Shown: positions 52,601 through 64,000 of the stretch, piece after piece
Layout of the letters: each line of letters opens with the position of its first letter
Position numbering within the stretch: the stretch's first letter is position 1
Assembly (NCBI GenBank): GCA_002633005.1
Contig: NMRA01000012.1
Location: 1,987,992 to 2,051,991, forward strand
DNA from: Phoronis australis
Lineage: Eukaryota > Animalia > Phoronida
DNA: 64,000 nucleotides
Reading direction: 5' to 3'
Made by a program: the position numbers and the translations under genes
The notes under the pieces: generated by a model
Database searches by the model: none
What the model saw: only the letters and a program-made list of their open reading frames with translations
What the model was told of the DNA's origin: nothing

Positions 52601-55314
52601 CGTCGCTCAAAAGTTTCCATCTGCACATGAATCGTTTCATTCCTGGTATGTAGTCAACACAATTACTAATTATGTTTCCATGTCATCTTCTGTATTTTTT
52701 CCTTCTCAGCTTAGTCAAGTATTAATTCAGTTCATAATGTCTATTGCACTATATCTTAAACACATATAATTTGCTAACCACTAAAACACCACAAAATATT
52801 GAACTTTACGTGAAATTCTCTTCCAGAATTATCGTAATATTGTCTTTTTTACACAATGTGACCTTATTGTAGGAACCCTGGCCAAGGATGTCAACTTTCA
52901 GGTCTACTTATTGGATGGTGTCCATCGGTGGAACCAGGACCGAAGTATCCAGGCTACTGGTGGAGCAATCAAGATAACTTCATATGACGGCCAACTGAGG
53001 GATTCGGTAAACAAGCTGTCTTCCGAAATCCTAGGGGAAGAAGCGTGTGCTTCATTCAAGCTACCTAGCCAACACACTGGTATGTCCATACACTATAGTG
53101 AGTCCATGACGGCATTTTCTCATTCAGTGACTTTTCGTAGAGGGTTATGAGCGTGTGATAACATCTAGCTTCTTCTAACGATAACTACCAAGCGCAGTCT
53201 TCTGTCCGGTATTATCGAACAAAAGAGAGCTGGCCCTCGAACCATGAATGCCAGAATGGATTTAGTTAGTCGTATAAGATAGAGTTTACTTACATGTCTG
53301 CACTCTTCAATCAGTGCCACTATTTACAACATGTTCATGTTCCAGGTGAACTCATTGGCCTTGAGTATTTGTACTCACAGTCAACAGGTGCCTCCGTCAA
53401 CTACAGCGCCACCCAGACAGAGCTGGAGGAGGGCGAAGATGAGGGCCTGGGTGATGATGAAGTCCTGGAAGAGGTAGACACTGGCGATGATTACACAATT
53501 CCTGACCTGGAATCTTCTTCACACACTGGTTTGTATTTTACTGATTTAACATCAAACAGCGAGATACAAACTCAGACGTGTTCTATAAAGGTAGAAAGCA
53601 GTAATAGCGGTTGTAGTCAACGTTAATACGCAATTTTTTTCTTGTTGCTTCTTGATGTCCATTGAAAAGTTGCATTTGGTTTGTAATATTTTTAAGTAGT
53701 TGCATAATGACAGACACTGGTGTCTTTTTCAGAACCATCTACACCAACTAGGTCTGAGACAAGCCCAGATGATGCTTACCTTGGGCCAGATGGAGTGCCA
53801 GGGTACTCTGCAGTGACGGAGCTTGCCACCTGTCTTGTTAATGTCTGTGAACAAGAAACACCTTTCACCACATTAGAAGCGCAGCAGGTTGTGGTCCTAT
53901 GGAGTCATCTATCTGAATTCGATCAGAGAAGGACCAGATTTCCAAACCGCTATGCTGAGTCCCCAGGTACTGGGCGCTTCAGAAGCCCAAAGAAACAGGT
54001 CTCCCTTGGTGTACCTAGTATTGAACGGTAAATATGGAATTAACTTATTGCAATCATTACTGTGAAAATTGATAAATATTGTTTATTGCCAAATTGTTAT
54101 TGCATTCTTGGCATCGTTTCTTCAAAATTTAAAATACTTAATTCAAATTTCACAACAAGATTCTTAAACTTTCATCCACTAAAATGTTCAGAAAGTAAAG
54201 ACGCTGACAACCGCGAATCAATTCATAAATTGCTAAACATATTTACAATACTGTTAACTTTCCTTCTTACCATTTATAAGTATTATAATAAACAAAACTT
54301 TTTCTTAATAAATAGTTTTTATTGCATTTTGAAGGGTTTTACCAGTTTTACATTGTACCATTTTCTGTTGTTCAATGACAAACAGTCAAAGCAGAGAAAT
54401 GATGAAGATTTTACTATTCTATCCACAGGGCAATACTGGGACCGAATCAGACCCGCGCAAACTGGCCTGACTGCAACCGTTATGTGGAGGCTACTGTAAA
54501 ACTACTTCTCAAGAAGTATCCCAGTGACCGGCGTAGGCAGGGTCTCACAACAACTAGATGGACCCTGGTCAAGGAGGGCTATGCCAACATTCAACGGCTG
54601 GTTATTAACAACACTCGGATAATGCAGCAAACCGAAATTCAACTTCCAAGTCTGAACACGAAGACCATTCAGCAGTGGTAAGTAGAGCACAGTGTGTTCT
54701 AAATCTAGATTCTAATATAAATGATTAAATGGACTGCAACGACAAAGCATTGGTTAAATTTCAGTAAGCATGAGATGTTGTTCAAAAGATGCTAAAAGAC
54801 TAACTGTCTTTGCAGGTTTAACAAGAAAGGCAAGGAGTCCGATTTGAAAGTTTTGCTGCAGGGCATACCACCAGTCCAGGCTCCGATGACAGCTCGTGAC
54901 CTCCCTCCACCGAACCCAGCACCTACGTCCCTCGATAGAGGAACTGGAGAGCAGTTTACCTTCAGTTATAATGTGGATACTGCTGGTTTGGCCAGGCTAA
55001 AGACCGCCAAGCGCCGCCAAGAGCCACCGCTCCTGCCCCGCAGTGAGCCTGTTACCATCCTGCCTTTGGGACCTATTCACCAACCATCTGCAATTCACCA
55101 GCCTTCATTAGTCGTCACTCCAACACCTCCAAAACGAAAGTATGTGAAGACATCCTCAGTCATAACGTGTCCGCACTGTAAAGAGGACCGATCTTTGCCA
55201 GGGCATGGACAGTACATGGGCTATCGGTACTGCCACAAGTTCAACACTGGTACTTTTGAAGAATGGAGAGACGCTCTAAAGGCACGAGGTGTATCGCGAA
55301 AGAATAGGAACTAG
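43618..55314 (+). CDS. DUF6729-type, Mutator-superfamily-like transposase (or derived gene), ~1390 aa, ~14 exons
   Basis: Exons 43618-43813, 47077-47246 (GC donor), 47615-47774, 48050-48124, 48406/49389-49919 (duplicated across N), 50069-50457, 50767-51202, 51466-51703, 52110-52645, 52873-53079, 53346-53528, 53733-54027, 54429-54677, 54816-55314; phases consistent. Motifs: GKYRGKSFRWLLEN, LWHNPPQP..RFFTHRLFLWMP, LKMDSTKK, ATNVGNEFGQV, LLYVDRDCCG, RLDIWHFMRR, YRCARGSTSLKSFH, C-terminal CPHC...GHGQYMGYRYC. Confidence 0.85.
47725..49700. repeat. ~987-bp direct duplication joined at a single N (48711); likely haplotype/assembly duplication
   Basis: 47725-48710 is repeated from 48712 with scattered SNPs and a 3-nt indel; duplicates exons 3 (part), 4 and 5. 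Confidence 0.85.
49520..49850 (+). repeat. 18-bp coding minisatellite (GPSTQL/GPSTRP/DPLTRQ hexapeptides)
   Basis: Repeated AGGCCCATCGACACAACT-like units; ORF 49406-49984 shows ~18 hexapeptide units; also present in the duplicate at 48540-48710. Confidence 0.85.
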
Positions 55315-55327
55315 GCTTACGTCACAG

Positions 55328-56048
55328 GTACTCCATTGACTGTCGTCAATGAAAGGGATTAGCCCCCCTTCCTTGAGGATGCTGATGAGGTCAGTAAGTC
55401 ATTCGAGAGAGTTTGAGAGAATCACTCGTGATATACGCACGCATTCTACAGAGATTATGGCTAACATGGAGATCAAGGACTTCATTCACCAATTGCTTAC
55501 TCTGAAGCGCAATCACAATCAAGACGCCCTCACTGCAGAGGAGTGGCCTCAGTGAATGTAAAAGTCACAGTGGAACACCTGCTTCGGCCTCGAAGCAGAC
55601 CGTGACAACCTCCAAGGTCTCTGTGGCCCCGCAGAAACCTCTCGTCGAGATGGAAATCACTGCTCCGGCCTCGAAGCAGTCCGTGACNGTACTCCATTGA
55701 CTGTCGTCAATGAAAGGGATTAGCCCCCCTTCCTTGAGGATGCTGATGAGGTCAGTAAGTCATTCGAGAGAGTTTGAGAGAATCACTCGTGATATACGCA
55801 CGCATTCTACAGAGATTATGGCTAACATGGAGATCAAGGACTTCATTCACCAATTGCTTACTCTGAAGCGCAATCACAATCAAGACGCCCTCACTGCAGA
55901 GGAGTGGCCTCAGTGAATGCAAAATTCGCAGTGGAACGCCTGCTTCGGCCACGAAGCAGACCATGGCAAACACCAAGGTCTCTGCTGCCCAGCAGAAACC
56001 TCTCGTCGAGATGGAAATCACTGCTCCGGCCTCGAAGCAGTCCGTGAC
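55328..56048. repeat. 361-bp direct duplication joined at a single N (55688); likely haplotype duplication
   Basis: Identical ORFs 55349-55555 and 55710-55916; SNPs downstream. Confidence 0.8.
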
Positions 56049-56305
56049 AACCTCCAAGGTCTCTGCGGCCCCGCAGAAACCTCTCGTCGAGATGGAAATC
56101 ACTGCTCCGGCCTCGAAGCAGTCCGTGACAACCTCCAAGGTCTCTGCGGCCCTGCAGAAACCTCTCGTCGAGATGGAAATCACTGCACCGGCCTCGAAGC
56201 AGTCCGTGACAACCTCCAAGTTCTCTGCGGCCCCGCAGAAACCTCTCGTCGAGATGGAAATCACTGCTCCGGCCTCGAAGCAGTCCGTGACAACCTCCAA
56301 GGACT
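55940..56305. repeat. 81-bp tandem repeat, ~4.5 copies
   Basis: CCTCCAAG recurs at 56051, 56132, 56213 and 56294; the unit translates as SKVSAAPQKPLVEMEITAPASKQSVTT. Confidence 0.9.
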
Positions 56306-56519
56306 CTGCTGCACTTCAACCGCCCTCTAAATGAATGTCTATCCAAGTGGACACACAGGTACTCCATTGACAGTCGTCAGTGAAAGGGATTAGCCCCCCT
56401 TCCTTGAGGATGCTGGACTCTGCTGCACTTCAACCGCCCTCTACATGGATGTCTATCCCCGTGGACACACAGGTACTCCATTGAAAAGTATTATTCCCCC
56501 TTACTTGAGGATGCTGAAA

Positions 56520-56642
56520 CCCTGGACCAATTTCTGCTTCATATGAACCTCTGGACCAACTTTGCAACATATCACCCTCTGGACCAACCTCTGCTGCATT
56601 GGACCCCCTTGGACCCGCTTCTGCTGCACTGTACCCCTTGGA
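56520..56642. repeat. ~29-30-bp tandem repeat, ~4 copies
   Basis: Recurring CC(C/T)CTGGACCAA..TCTGC units. Confidence 0.6.
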
Positions 56643-57487
56643 TTATGAAAATACTGAAGCAGATATTTGAAGATCCTCAAGACCAAAACTTTTTAATGCT
56701 GCCTACTTNNNNNNNNNNNNNNNNNNNNNNNNNNNNNNNNNNNNNNNNNNNNNNNNNNNNNNNNNNNNNNNNNNNNNNNNNNNNNNNNNNNNNNNNNNNN
56801 NNNNNNNNNNNNNNNNNNNNNNNNNNNNNNNNNNNNNNNNNNNNNNNNNNNNNNNNNNNNNNNNNNNNNNNNNNNNNNNNNNNNNNNNNNNNNNNNNNNN
56901 NNNNNNNNNNNNNNNNNNNNNNNNNNNNNNNNNNNNNNNNNNNNNNNNNNNNNNNNNNNNNNNNNNNNNNNNNNNNNNNNNNNNNNNNNNNNNNNNNNNN
57001 NNNNNNNNNNNNNNNNNNNNNNNNNNNNNNNNNNNNNNNNNNNNNNNNNNNNNNNNNNNNNNNNNNNNNNNNNNNNNNNNNNNNNNNNNNNNNNNNNNNN
57101 NNNNNNNNNNNNNNNNNNNNNNNNNNNNNNNNNNNNNNNNNNNNNNNNNNNNNNNNNNNNNNNNNNNNNNNNNNNNNNNNNNNNNNNNNNNNNNNNNNNN
57201 NNNNNNNNNNNNNNNNNNNNNNNNNNNNNNNNNNNNNNNNNNNNNNNNNNNNNNNNNNNNNNNNNNNNNNNNNNNNNNNNNNNNNNNNNNNNNNNNNNNN
57301 NNNNNNNNNNNNNNNNNNNNNNNNNNNNNNNNNNNNNNNNNNNNNNNNNNNNNNNNNNNNNNNNNNNNNNNNNNNNNNNNNNNNNNNNNNNNNNNNNNNN
57401 NNNNNNNNNNNNNNNNNNNNNNNNNNNNNNNNNNNNNNNNNNNNNNNNNNNNNNNNNNNNNNNNNNNNNNNNNNNNNNNNNNNNNNN

Positions 57488-57880
57488 ACTCCTTCAATGT
57501 TAACCCGTGTATGATTCAAACTGCCACAAAATGTGCCCCCGTGTATGACAGTAAATTATTTATTTTCTGTGTGTAATGATCAACACCAGCACTTCAGTCC
57601 ACTACCACTGGACTCGTGTGTCGAAGGCCTAGAGCGGCAAAAGTCATTCACAGCATATGCTCTTCGTTTGATAGCACAGGAGTAGCGTCACAAAGCCACA
57701 CCTGCAGAGTCCACTCGAAGCATGGCCTGGCGGACACGTTCCCTCTGCATTCGAGTGCCTGTGATCTCCAGACGAATTTCGTTGCATGCGGCTCCAAATC
57801 TGTGGTTATGCTGGAGACCTGTTCTGACTTGTTCATCAAGTTCGGCACCAGAAATGGTGGAAAATCCTCCTGAATACTCT
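57488..57880 (-). pseudogene. Decayed IS3EU-like integrase/transposase fragment
   Basis: FSTISGAELDEQVR...FG...RLEITGTRMQRERVRQAMLRVDSAG matches the HTH segment preceding the integrase core in eukaryotic IS3-like elements; downstream frameshifted WQF..IHG..IEG resembles W..VIHG.IDG; truncated by the gap 56709-57487. Confidence 0.65.
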
Positions 57881-58027
57881 GGAAAATTACCAAAGTTAAT
57901 ATTATTGTATAATTGTGTATTTAGTAGGCCCATGCACCGTAACAATGTGTTTTCAAAGAAAGGTTAGTTTTAGCTTGAATACATGTAAACGTTTGTCAAC
58001 AATTTTGTGACAAAGACACACAAAACG

Positions 58028-58189
58028 CATAGGCGGATCCAGGGGGTAAATGGGGTCCTGCCCCCCTTCTTTACCTTGAGTTTAATGATTTCAAATCTAG
58101 GATTTTCAAATTGTTGGCTTGGACCCCGTTTTATAAAAAACCTTGATCCGGCGGTTACCCCCTTTTAAACAGTCCTGGATCAGCCCCTG
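58028..58189. mobile_element. MITE with 5-bp TSD (CAGTGGCGGATCC family)
   Basis: CATAGGCGGATCCAGG ... CCTGGATCAGCCCCTG; TSD AAACG on both sides. Confidence 0.75.
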
Positions 58190-58983
58190 AAACGACTCGA
58201 AGTATTATTTTGCGTATCGATCTAAAGTGGGACATTATTTCATCTACAACTACTCGCGGTGACGTTTTGTATTAAGGCCACATCTCTTCAAATCTTCCAC
58301 ATGCCTTATATTTCCGCGGATTGTTTGAAACTTCACTGTTTACACTGCGGATAACATTAACCTGTATAGTGAGTAAGCTTATTAGCTAAAATTTCTTATA
58401 AAAACATTACTCACGATTAATTTCCTGTAAGGGGATCAAAGCAAGACGTTTTAGTTTAACTTTTGAAAGTTTTCCTAAAAAGAAAGTGCAGGTCTAATAA
58501 ACTTAATATCAACAATAATTAGAATGGTAAATTCGTAACTACTTGAAAACGTTATAAAGAAATGTAGCGTAATAATGCTTTACCTATTTGAAATCACGCT
58601 ACGATCAAAAGTAGTCTTCAGAGCTAGAGCGGTATATGGAAAATTAATTCGCATGAACGCATTCCCCTCAACTGATTCACTGCGTAAGGCTACAGATGTT
58701 CAAGAAAATGAAGTATTACTTAAATAAAATGTTACTTGATTCTCCTCTCGACTGTTCCTTTGGACACATTTAAAATCTTTACCATCTTCTGTTTTGAAAA
58801 AACGTCAAGGAAGTCAGCAAAGAGCTCCATTTGGTCTTTTGGCCTTCCTCCCCATCACGTGTGCGCTTGTAACTTGTAGACTCGCCAGCATCCGACAAAT
58901 GAATTAACAAGGTTCACAATTCACTCTAGATTAGTTTCACTACAAACTAGCTTCAGATCTCGTCAACTGCAGAACAACAAAAA

Positions 58984-59060
58984 ATTATTACTACTATTAT
59001 TATCATTATCATTATTATTATCATCATCATTATCATTATCTTTATCATTATTATTACTAA
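58984..59060. repeat. (ATT/ATC)n microsatellite
   Basis: ATTATTACTACTATTATTATCATTATCATT... run of ~25 triplets. Confidence 0.85.
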
Positions 59061-60405
59061 TTTGCAAATTAGTAATAGAGACGCTGAGGCATGATGCAGC
59101 AAACGGACACCGGACGCCCACTGGGGGTCACTCCCAGACATAAGCATATAGCACCCCTGAACCCAAATTTGTTGTTGCCTCCCATGTCTGCTAATCCCTG
59201 TGCAAAGGCGTACCAGTAGGACAAACATGGCAAGGGCCCAACTAAACCGTTTCCATACAAATAGTAGAAAAGTCTAATCTGAATCCACAGCGAACATCGC
59301 CGCATGCAGTGACTAGGCCCGTCTTTCAAAGACAAGAGCAGTTCTTCCCTGCTTGCGCAGTTTCGACAAACACAGTATCGGTAATTTTCGAATTAGCTCA
59401 GTTGGTGCATTGTGGAAAATCAGGTAAAATAATAAAAATGTCTAAGCCAAGAAATGCGCCCAGTTGTTAGACGTACACATGATTATCCGACGGTCAAACA
59501 CACGAACTTTGCATCATACATGCGAAGCACTGCATGCAGGGATACTTTTAAGGCCGGGACCCCCGCCACTGGCGCACTGGAGTTGCTTCACTTGCTTGAC
59601 TTGGGCCGACTGGCTCCTTGAAATTGTGCAGACTTGGAATGATAGGCCAATAAGTTCTCTAATGTGTACCAGACTTCGAATCATACGTAAGAAACCACAT
59701 CAACCAGAGATGAGAGTGCGGCCGAAATGCAAATTAGGCCAACCGTTTCCCACCCCTTTTGCCAGAATTCCAGGCCCTCCCCATCATCATCGCCACCTAT
59801 TTTGCCCAATAATCGTCCTCATCGACCGGGGCCACAACTTAATTTGCCACTTTTTCATATTTTCCTACTTTTTAAGAAACAAAATTCGGCAAATAACCAT
59901 CGAGACAACATTTCAATGGGTCATATGACAATTTAAGTTGAACGCGCAAAAATGAATCCTGAAAATTTCAACGTAAGAGCAAAAACTCAGTGGTGCCAAC
60001 CACATGAAAGAATGTTACCGACTGTATTTCTCGAGAAGACAAAATAAATGTTCCTGTTTTGCTTAACGCGTCCAGCGCACGCACATTAGGCTGATCGACC
60101 ACGGCAACAAAATGTCTAATACGTCTGATTTATGTTCGATGTTGTGGTCCGTACGCAGTAGTAACTCCCCCCCCCCCCCGAGGCGCAGACGTGGGTTAGG
60201 AAATGATGAGCACAGGCACATGTCGCTTTTTCGCGATTTTTGTCCAGAAAGGGTGGGTTTCACTTAAGTTATTATTTCAAAAAGAGGGATGCGTAATTAA
60301 CTCATTTCGAGAAAATTGATCGGCCTACATATTAAAAATGTTCAGAAAAACCTACCCGGTGTCGCTCACTCAGAATATGTTGTGGTTCGGACCGAGCACC
60401 TCCGA

Positions 60406-60701
60406 CCTGGAGGGCGCACTCGACTATGTTTTGGACGGGGATGCTGCAGGAAAATAGGGACTACGACCCTTTTACAGAGTCGGTGGGCTAGAACGAAAAA
60501 CGACCGAGTTAGAGACTTAGAGTAACTTCGTGTTAGCAGCCATGTACTCGGTTGTGTTGTTCCAAAAACTCAATAAGTTACCTTTTGTCGAAAATGGCAC
60601 CCTTATGTAGAACTTTTTGCCCCGGGGTTTTTGTCGTGGAGTCACCCTTTTGAGCAGCACGTCCCGTATACCTCTTAGCTTATATGGGAACACCCCCCGG
60701 G
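60406..60701. mobile_element. ~296-bp MITE with CCC...GGG termini and 8-bp TSD
   Basis: CCTGGAGGGCGCACTC...ACGGGGATGCTGC versus GCAGCACGTCCCGT...GAACACCCCCCGGG; perfect TSD ACCTCCGA (60398-60405, 60702-60709). Confidence 0.8.
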
Positions 60702-61179
60702 ACCTCCGATCATCACATTAGAGTTGACCCTCGGCCCAAAGCATAATAATTTACGTTGACTTGTGCCTTATTTACAGAACAACAGTAAACGATAATCAAC
60801 ATACAATGATCATAAGAAGTATTCATATGACTTGCATACCGATTCGTAGAATTTCTATGCATCTGAAGACTATCGACGTGACCTTGCCGAGTGGAGTGGA
60901 GATGCTGGTGAACAATACTATACATCAAGATGGACTCTCCTTTTCGCTTGCCCCAGATTTGTCCGCACCATTTCCAAACGATTCAGCACTCTGTTAACGT
61001 TTTTCATGTTAACGCCGTCATCAATAAATAAAACTTTTGATAGACTCGTTAACATATCGCTTTTGCAGAAATTCTTCATGATCCGCGAGACGCGCCCATG
61101 CTTCTATAAAGTACGCACGCGTCAACTTTTCTTATTGGCTGAATAAGTACTTTTTTGATTGGTTGATTAATTACTGTAT

Positions 61180-61540
61180 AATTATTTATTACTGGAATAG
61201 CTATTTATTTGAGTACCTATTCCTGGAATAACTATTAAAAACGGAAATAAATATTTATTACTGGAATAAATATTTATTTAAGCAACTATCTCTGGAATAA
61301 ATATTAAAAATAGAAATAAATATTTATTACTGTGATAAATATTTAAATAAAGTAATTGTTCATGAAATAATATTAATATCAGAAATAAACATTTATTACT
61401 AGAATAAATATTTAAATAAAGTAATTGTTCATGAAATAAATATTAATAACAGAGATAAATATTTATTACTGGAATAAATATTAATAACAGAAATAAATGT
61501 TTATTCCAGCAATAAATAATCATTACAGAAATTATTCCTG
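61180..61540. repeat. AT-rich ~69-bp minisatellite (~5 units) with internal palindromes
   Basis: TATTACTGGAATA-like core at ~61187, 61257, 61326, 61394 and 61464; palindrome AATAAATATTTATT recurs. Confidence 0.75.
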
Positions 61541-64000
61541 GCTTCTGATTGGCTAAACAGTTATTGCAGGAATAAATCGGGGAAATATTAAAGTAACGGA
61601 CTTTTGGCATACCTGGCTTACGATACTCGGCGAACAGCCCAGTGTCGGCATCACTTTCCAGGCACTGGATCAGATTTCAATCTTCCTGATATTATGTAAC
61701 AGGTTTGGCAGATCCCCGCGGGGTCAAAGTACAGCTTCGTGTTCGAAGTATTATTTTGTGTTGACCAGAGCCGAGGCTAACACTGAAACACGGAACTACT
61801 AACAAGGAGCATTACAATTTAGGGCCCTAGTTGAATTATGGGCCCTTTCATTGTAGATTTCACGAAGCGCCTTCCTGTCAAGATTTCCTTCGTCGTCTGA
61901 CAAGAAATCTTTTATAATAAAACAAGAATGTGTTGGAATAATAAAAATGCCGCATTAACAACTATACATGCTTGAAAACTAGTGTACGGGAATGCAACGA
62001 AATACGTTCTTTTTCAGTCTGTGACATCGTTCCGTACAAAACACTCATAGAGGAGCCACAGTCACAATTTCGCATCATTTGACGAGCATATAATGATGTG
62101 ACATTATTACATAGGACCTTATCTGCACAGAATTTCACTCTGCAAATGATTATTTTCTGAGAGTGGAAATTCCTCAGACTTCGATTTTACACTAAGCTGT
62201 CATTAATTAGGTAACGTGGCCATGGTTTTCAGGAAAGTTTAGCGAATTTAGGAATCAGTGTAGTTAAGGTAGGACGGTGTATAAGTCCTAATTTTAGATA
62301 GCCACTAATGCTTAAGTGGAACATTTTACACTTGGATAACAGTGTGCAAAGAATGGTATCTGAAAAGTTCCATGTTTTAAAATCTGAACAGCCATTTCTG
62401 AGATACGACGTTTCGGAGTTGGCCAAAATTGCGGGACATCCACTCATAGGGTCCTACATAACTTAAGCACGACTTGATTAAAAATACGACTCGGTGTACT
62501 CTTAGTCGGAAGGTGGCAGACACTCGCACGTATTCTTTGTACAGCATACAATTTGCGTATAAGTAAATTGCGAATAGACATTGACAAAAGAAAATTAAAA
62601 TAGTAACAATATTTCGAAAGCACATTGTCTCATCATCATCAGGCACACAGTAAAATGAACATGCTAGAAACGGATATCAATAATGAGTGCAGGTAGATAA
62701 ACGTACAAACAGTGGGTGTAAATACAACACACGGTAGGGTAGGAAGCCTCCAAGCCATTATAGCAGAACTCAGCCAACGTGTGGTCAACTCATATGAGCT
62801 GTTCATTCACCACATGTTTTTCACAACTGATCGACAGAGACTCTAAAATCTTCTACCAAAATGGGCCATTTCCAAGTCATTTTCCAACCATGTTCATGTA
62901 AAAAAGGGTCTTGAATGGACCCACCCTACACATGCATGGACCATCGACAGGAGAGTATGATCGTGTGTCCAATGCAACGCTTTCACGAGAATTGGGAAGA
63001 AAACATTCGACCATATGACATGTGAATTCATAAACGGTGTTACATCTGGTCACTGGTCATTATCTTCCTCAGATGAGATTGTTTTTCATAATGAATTTAC
63101 CGGTATGTTCTGATAGTACGTCCAGCCTATCACCTAGTGGAGTGTGTTTCATGACAGAAGCATGGAGTTTACTATTCTGCTACACTCCTACGGTGGAAGG
63201 TGAGTTAAGAATGAAATTAGCTCTTACCCTTCACACTATTATTTGTGAAAAAGAATTAAATCTCATTTAAACAAAAGGGCAAAGTGTCTCGGAATGTGCA
63301 CATAACTGGTAATTACTGAGACAATTTCTATTAATTATTTCTAGACTGTCATCCATTCATAATTACAAGACTAAACCCTTTTCTCGGGAATTAAATATAA
63401 AGAGATGGCAGCGTAGGATCAAATTTCTGTCTTTAATCCTAATTCACCTTCATGATACGACCTTTTAACACTGTATATTAACCACAACTTCTACATGTAC
63501 ACTCAGAAAGACACACACCGTAGCCCCTTGGTTGGCTGGTTAGGGGCTATAATATTTCCCATCGCTTTCTGTACTAATTTCGTCCCATGTACTTTAACGG
63601 ACGGTAGGCGAAATCCGCTCACAGATTAAGTTTTCACTTCGTCAAAAATACCTTCTACACTTAAAACTATCACTTAAAAAGCGCTTACTTTCTTCAGTGA
63701 TCCTTTTTGCTTCTTTCCATATCTTCGATGAAGCATAGCTACGAGAAGTCAGGTGACTTAGCATGCGCGCACCCAGCCTTCAATATGGGGGGCTCGAATT
63801 CCTAGCGTCGTGGACCTTTGGTAACAAAATAGGCGCACCATTGTGAATTGCGCGTTTGTGCTTGTTTAGTGGACTTTTGTCTCATTTTCTCGGACCTGGG
63901 TGCGCGCATGCTTAGGCGAATAACTCCAACTCACTTTTTGGTCACACTTAACTTTTTCACCGCGCGCGCGATAACCACAAATCATTTCAACTGCCGCTTG

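Noticed and set aside
55940-56305. Regular repeats as a possible CRISPR array
   Set aside because: Units are head-to-tail with no unique spacers, there are no cas genes, and the context is eukaryotic.

Overview
Eukaryotic (animal, probably marine invertebrate) genomic DNA: AT-rich, with GT-AG spliced genes, many transposon relics, four assembly gaps and two single-N joins. I reconstructed three intron-containing coding units by hand from splice sites and exon phases. (1) A + strand 7-exon gene (8747-21135, 332 aa) for a secreted HEXXH zinc metallopeptidase resembling the bacterial anthrax-lethal-factor/PPEP/MtfA type, fused to a C-terminal ShK domain. Its introns hold several TTAA-flanked, THAP-bearing Kolobok-type transposon derivatives and a truncated non-LTR retrotransposon. 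(2) A convergent - strand 13-exon PX-domain sorting nexin (SNX16-like, 526 aa, 22304-29439) with a long coiled-coil extension. (3) A + strand ~14-exon, ~1390-aa DUF6729-type gene (43618-55314) with a Mutator-like D/D/DxxH/E layout, a fully open spliced frame, a Lys at the predicted third catalytic Glu, one GC-AG intron and an upstream subterminal-repeat array. Between (2) and (3) lies a cluster of intron-containing tRNA-Tyr(GTA) genes and pseudogenes, partly inside a ~1.8-kb tandem duplication. MITEs with 5-, 6- and 8-bp TSDs and several tandem repeats are scattered throughout. Family assignments rest on motif recall, not database searches.
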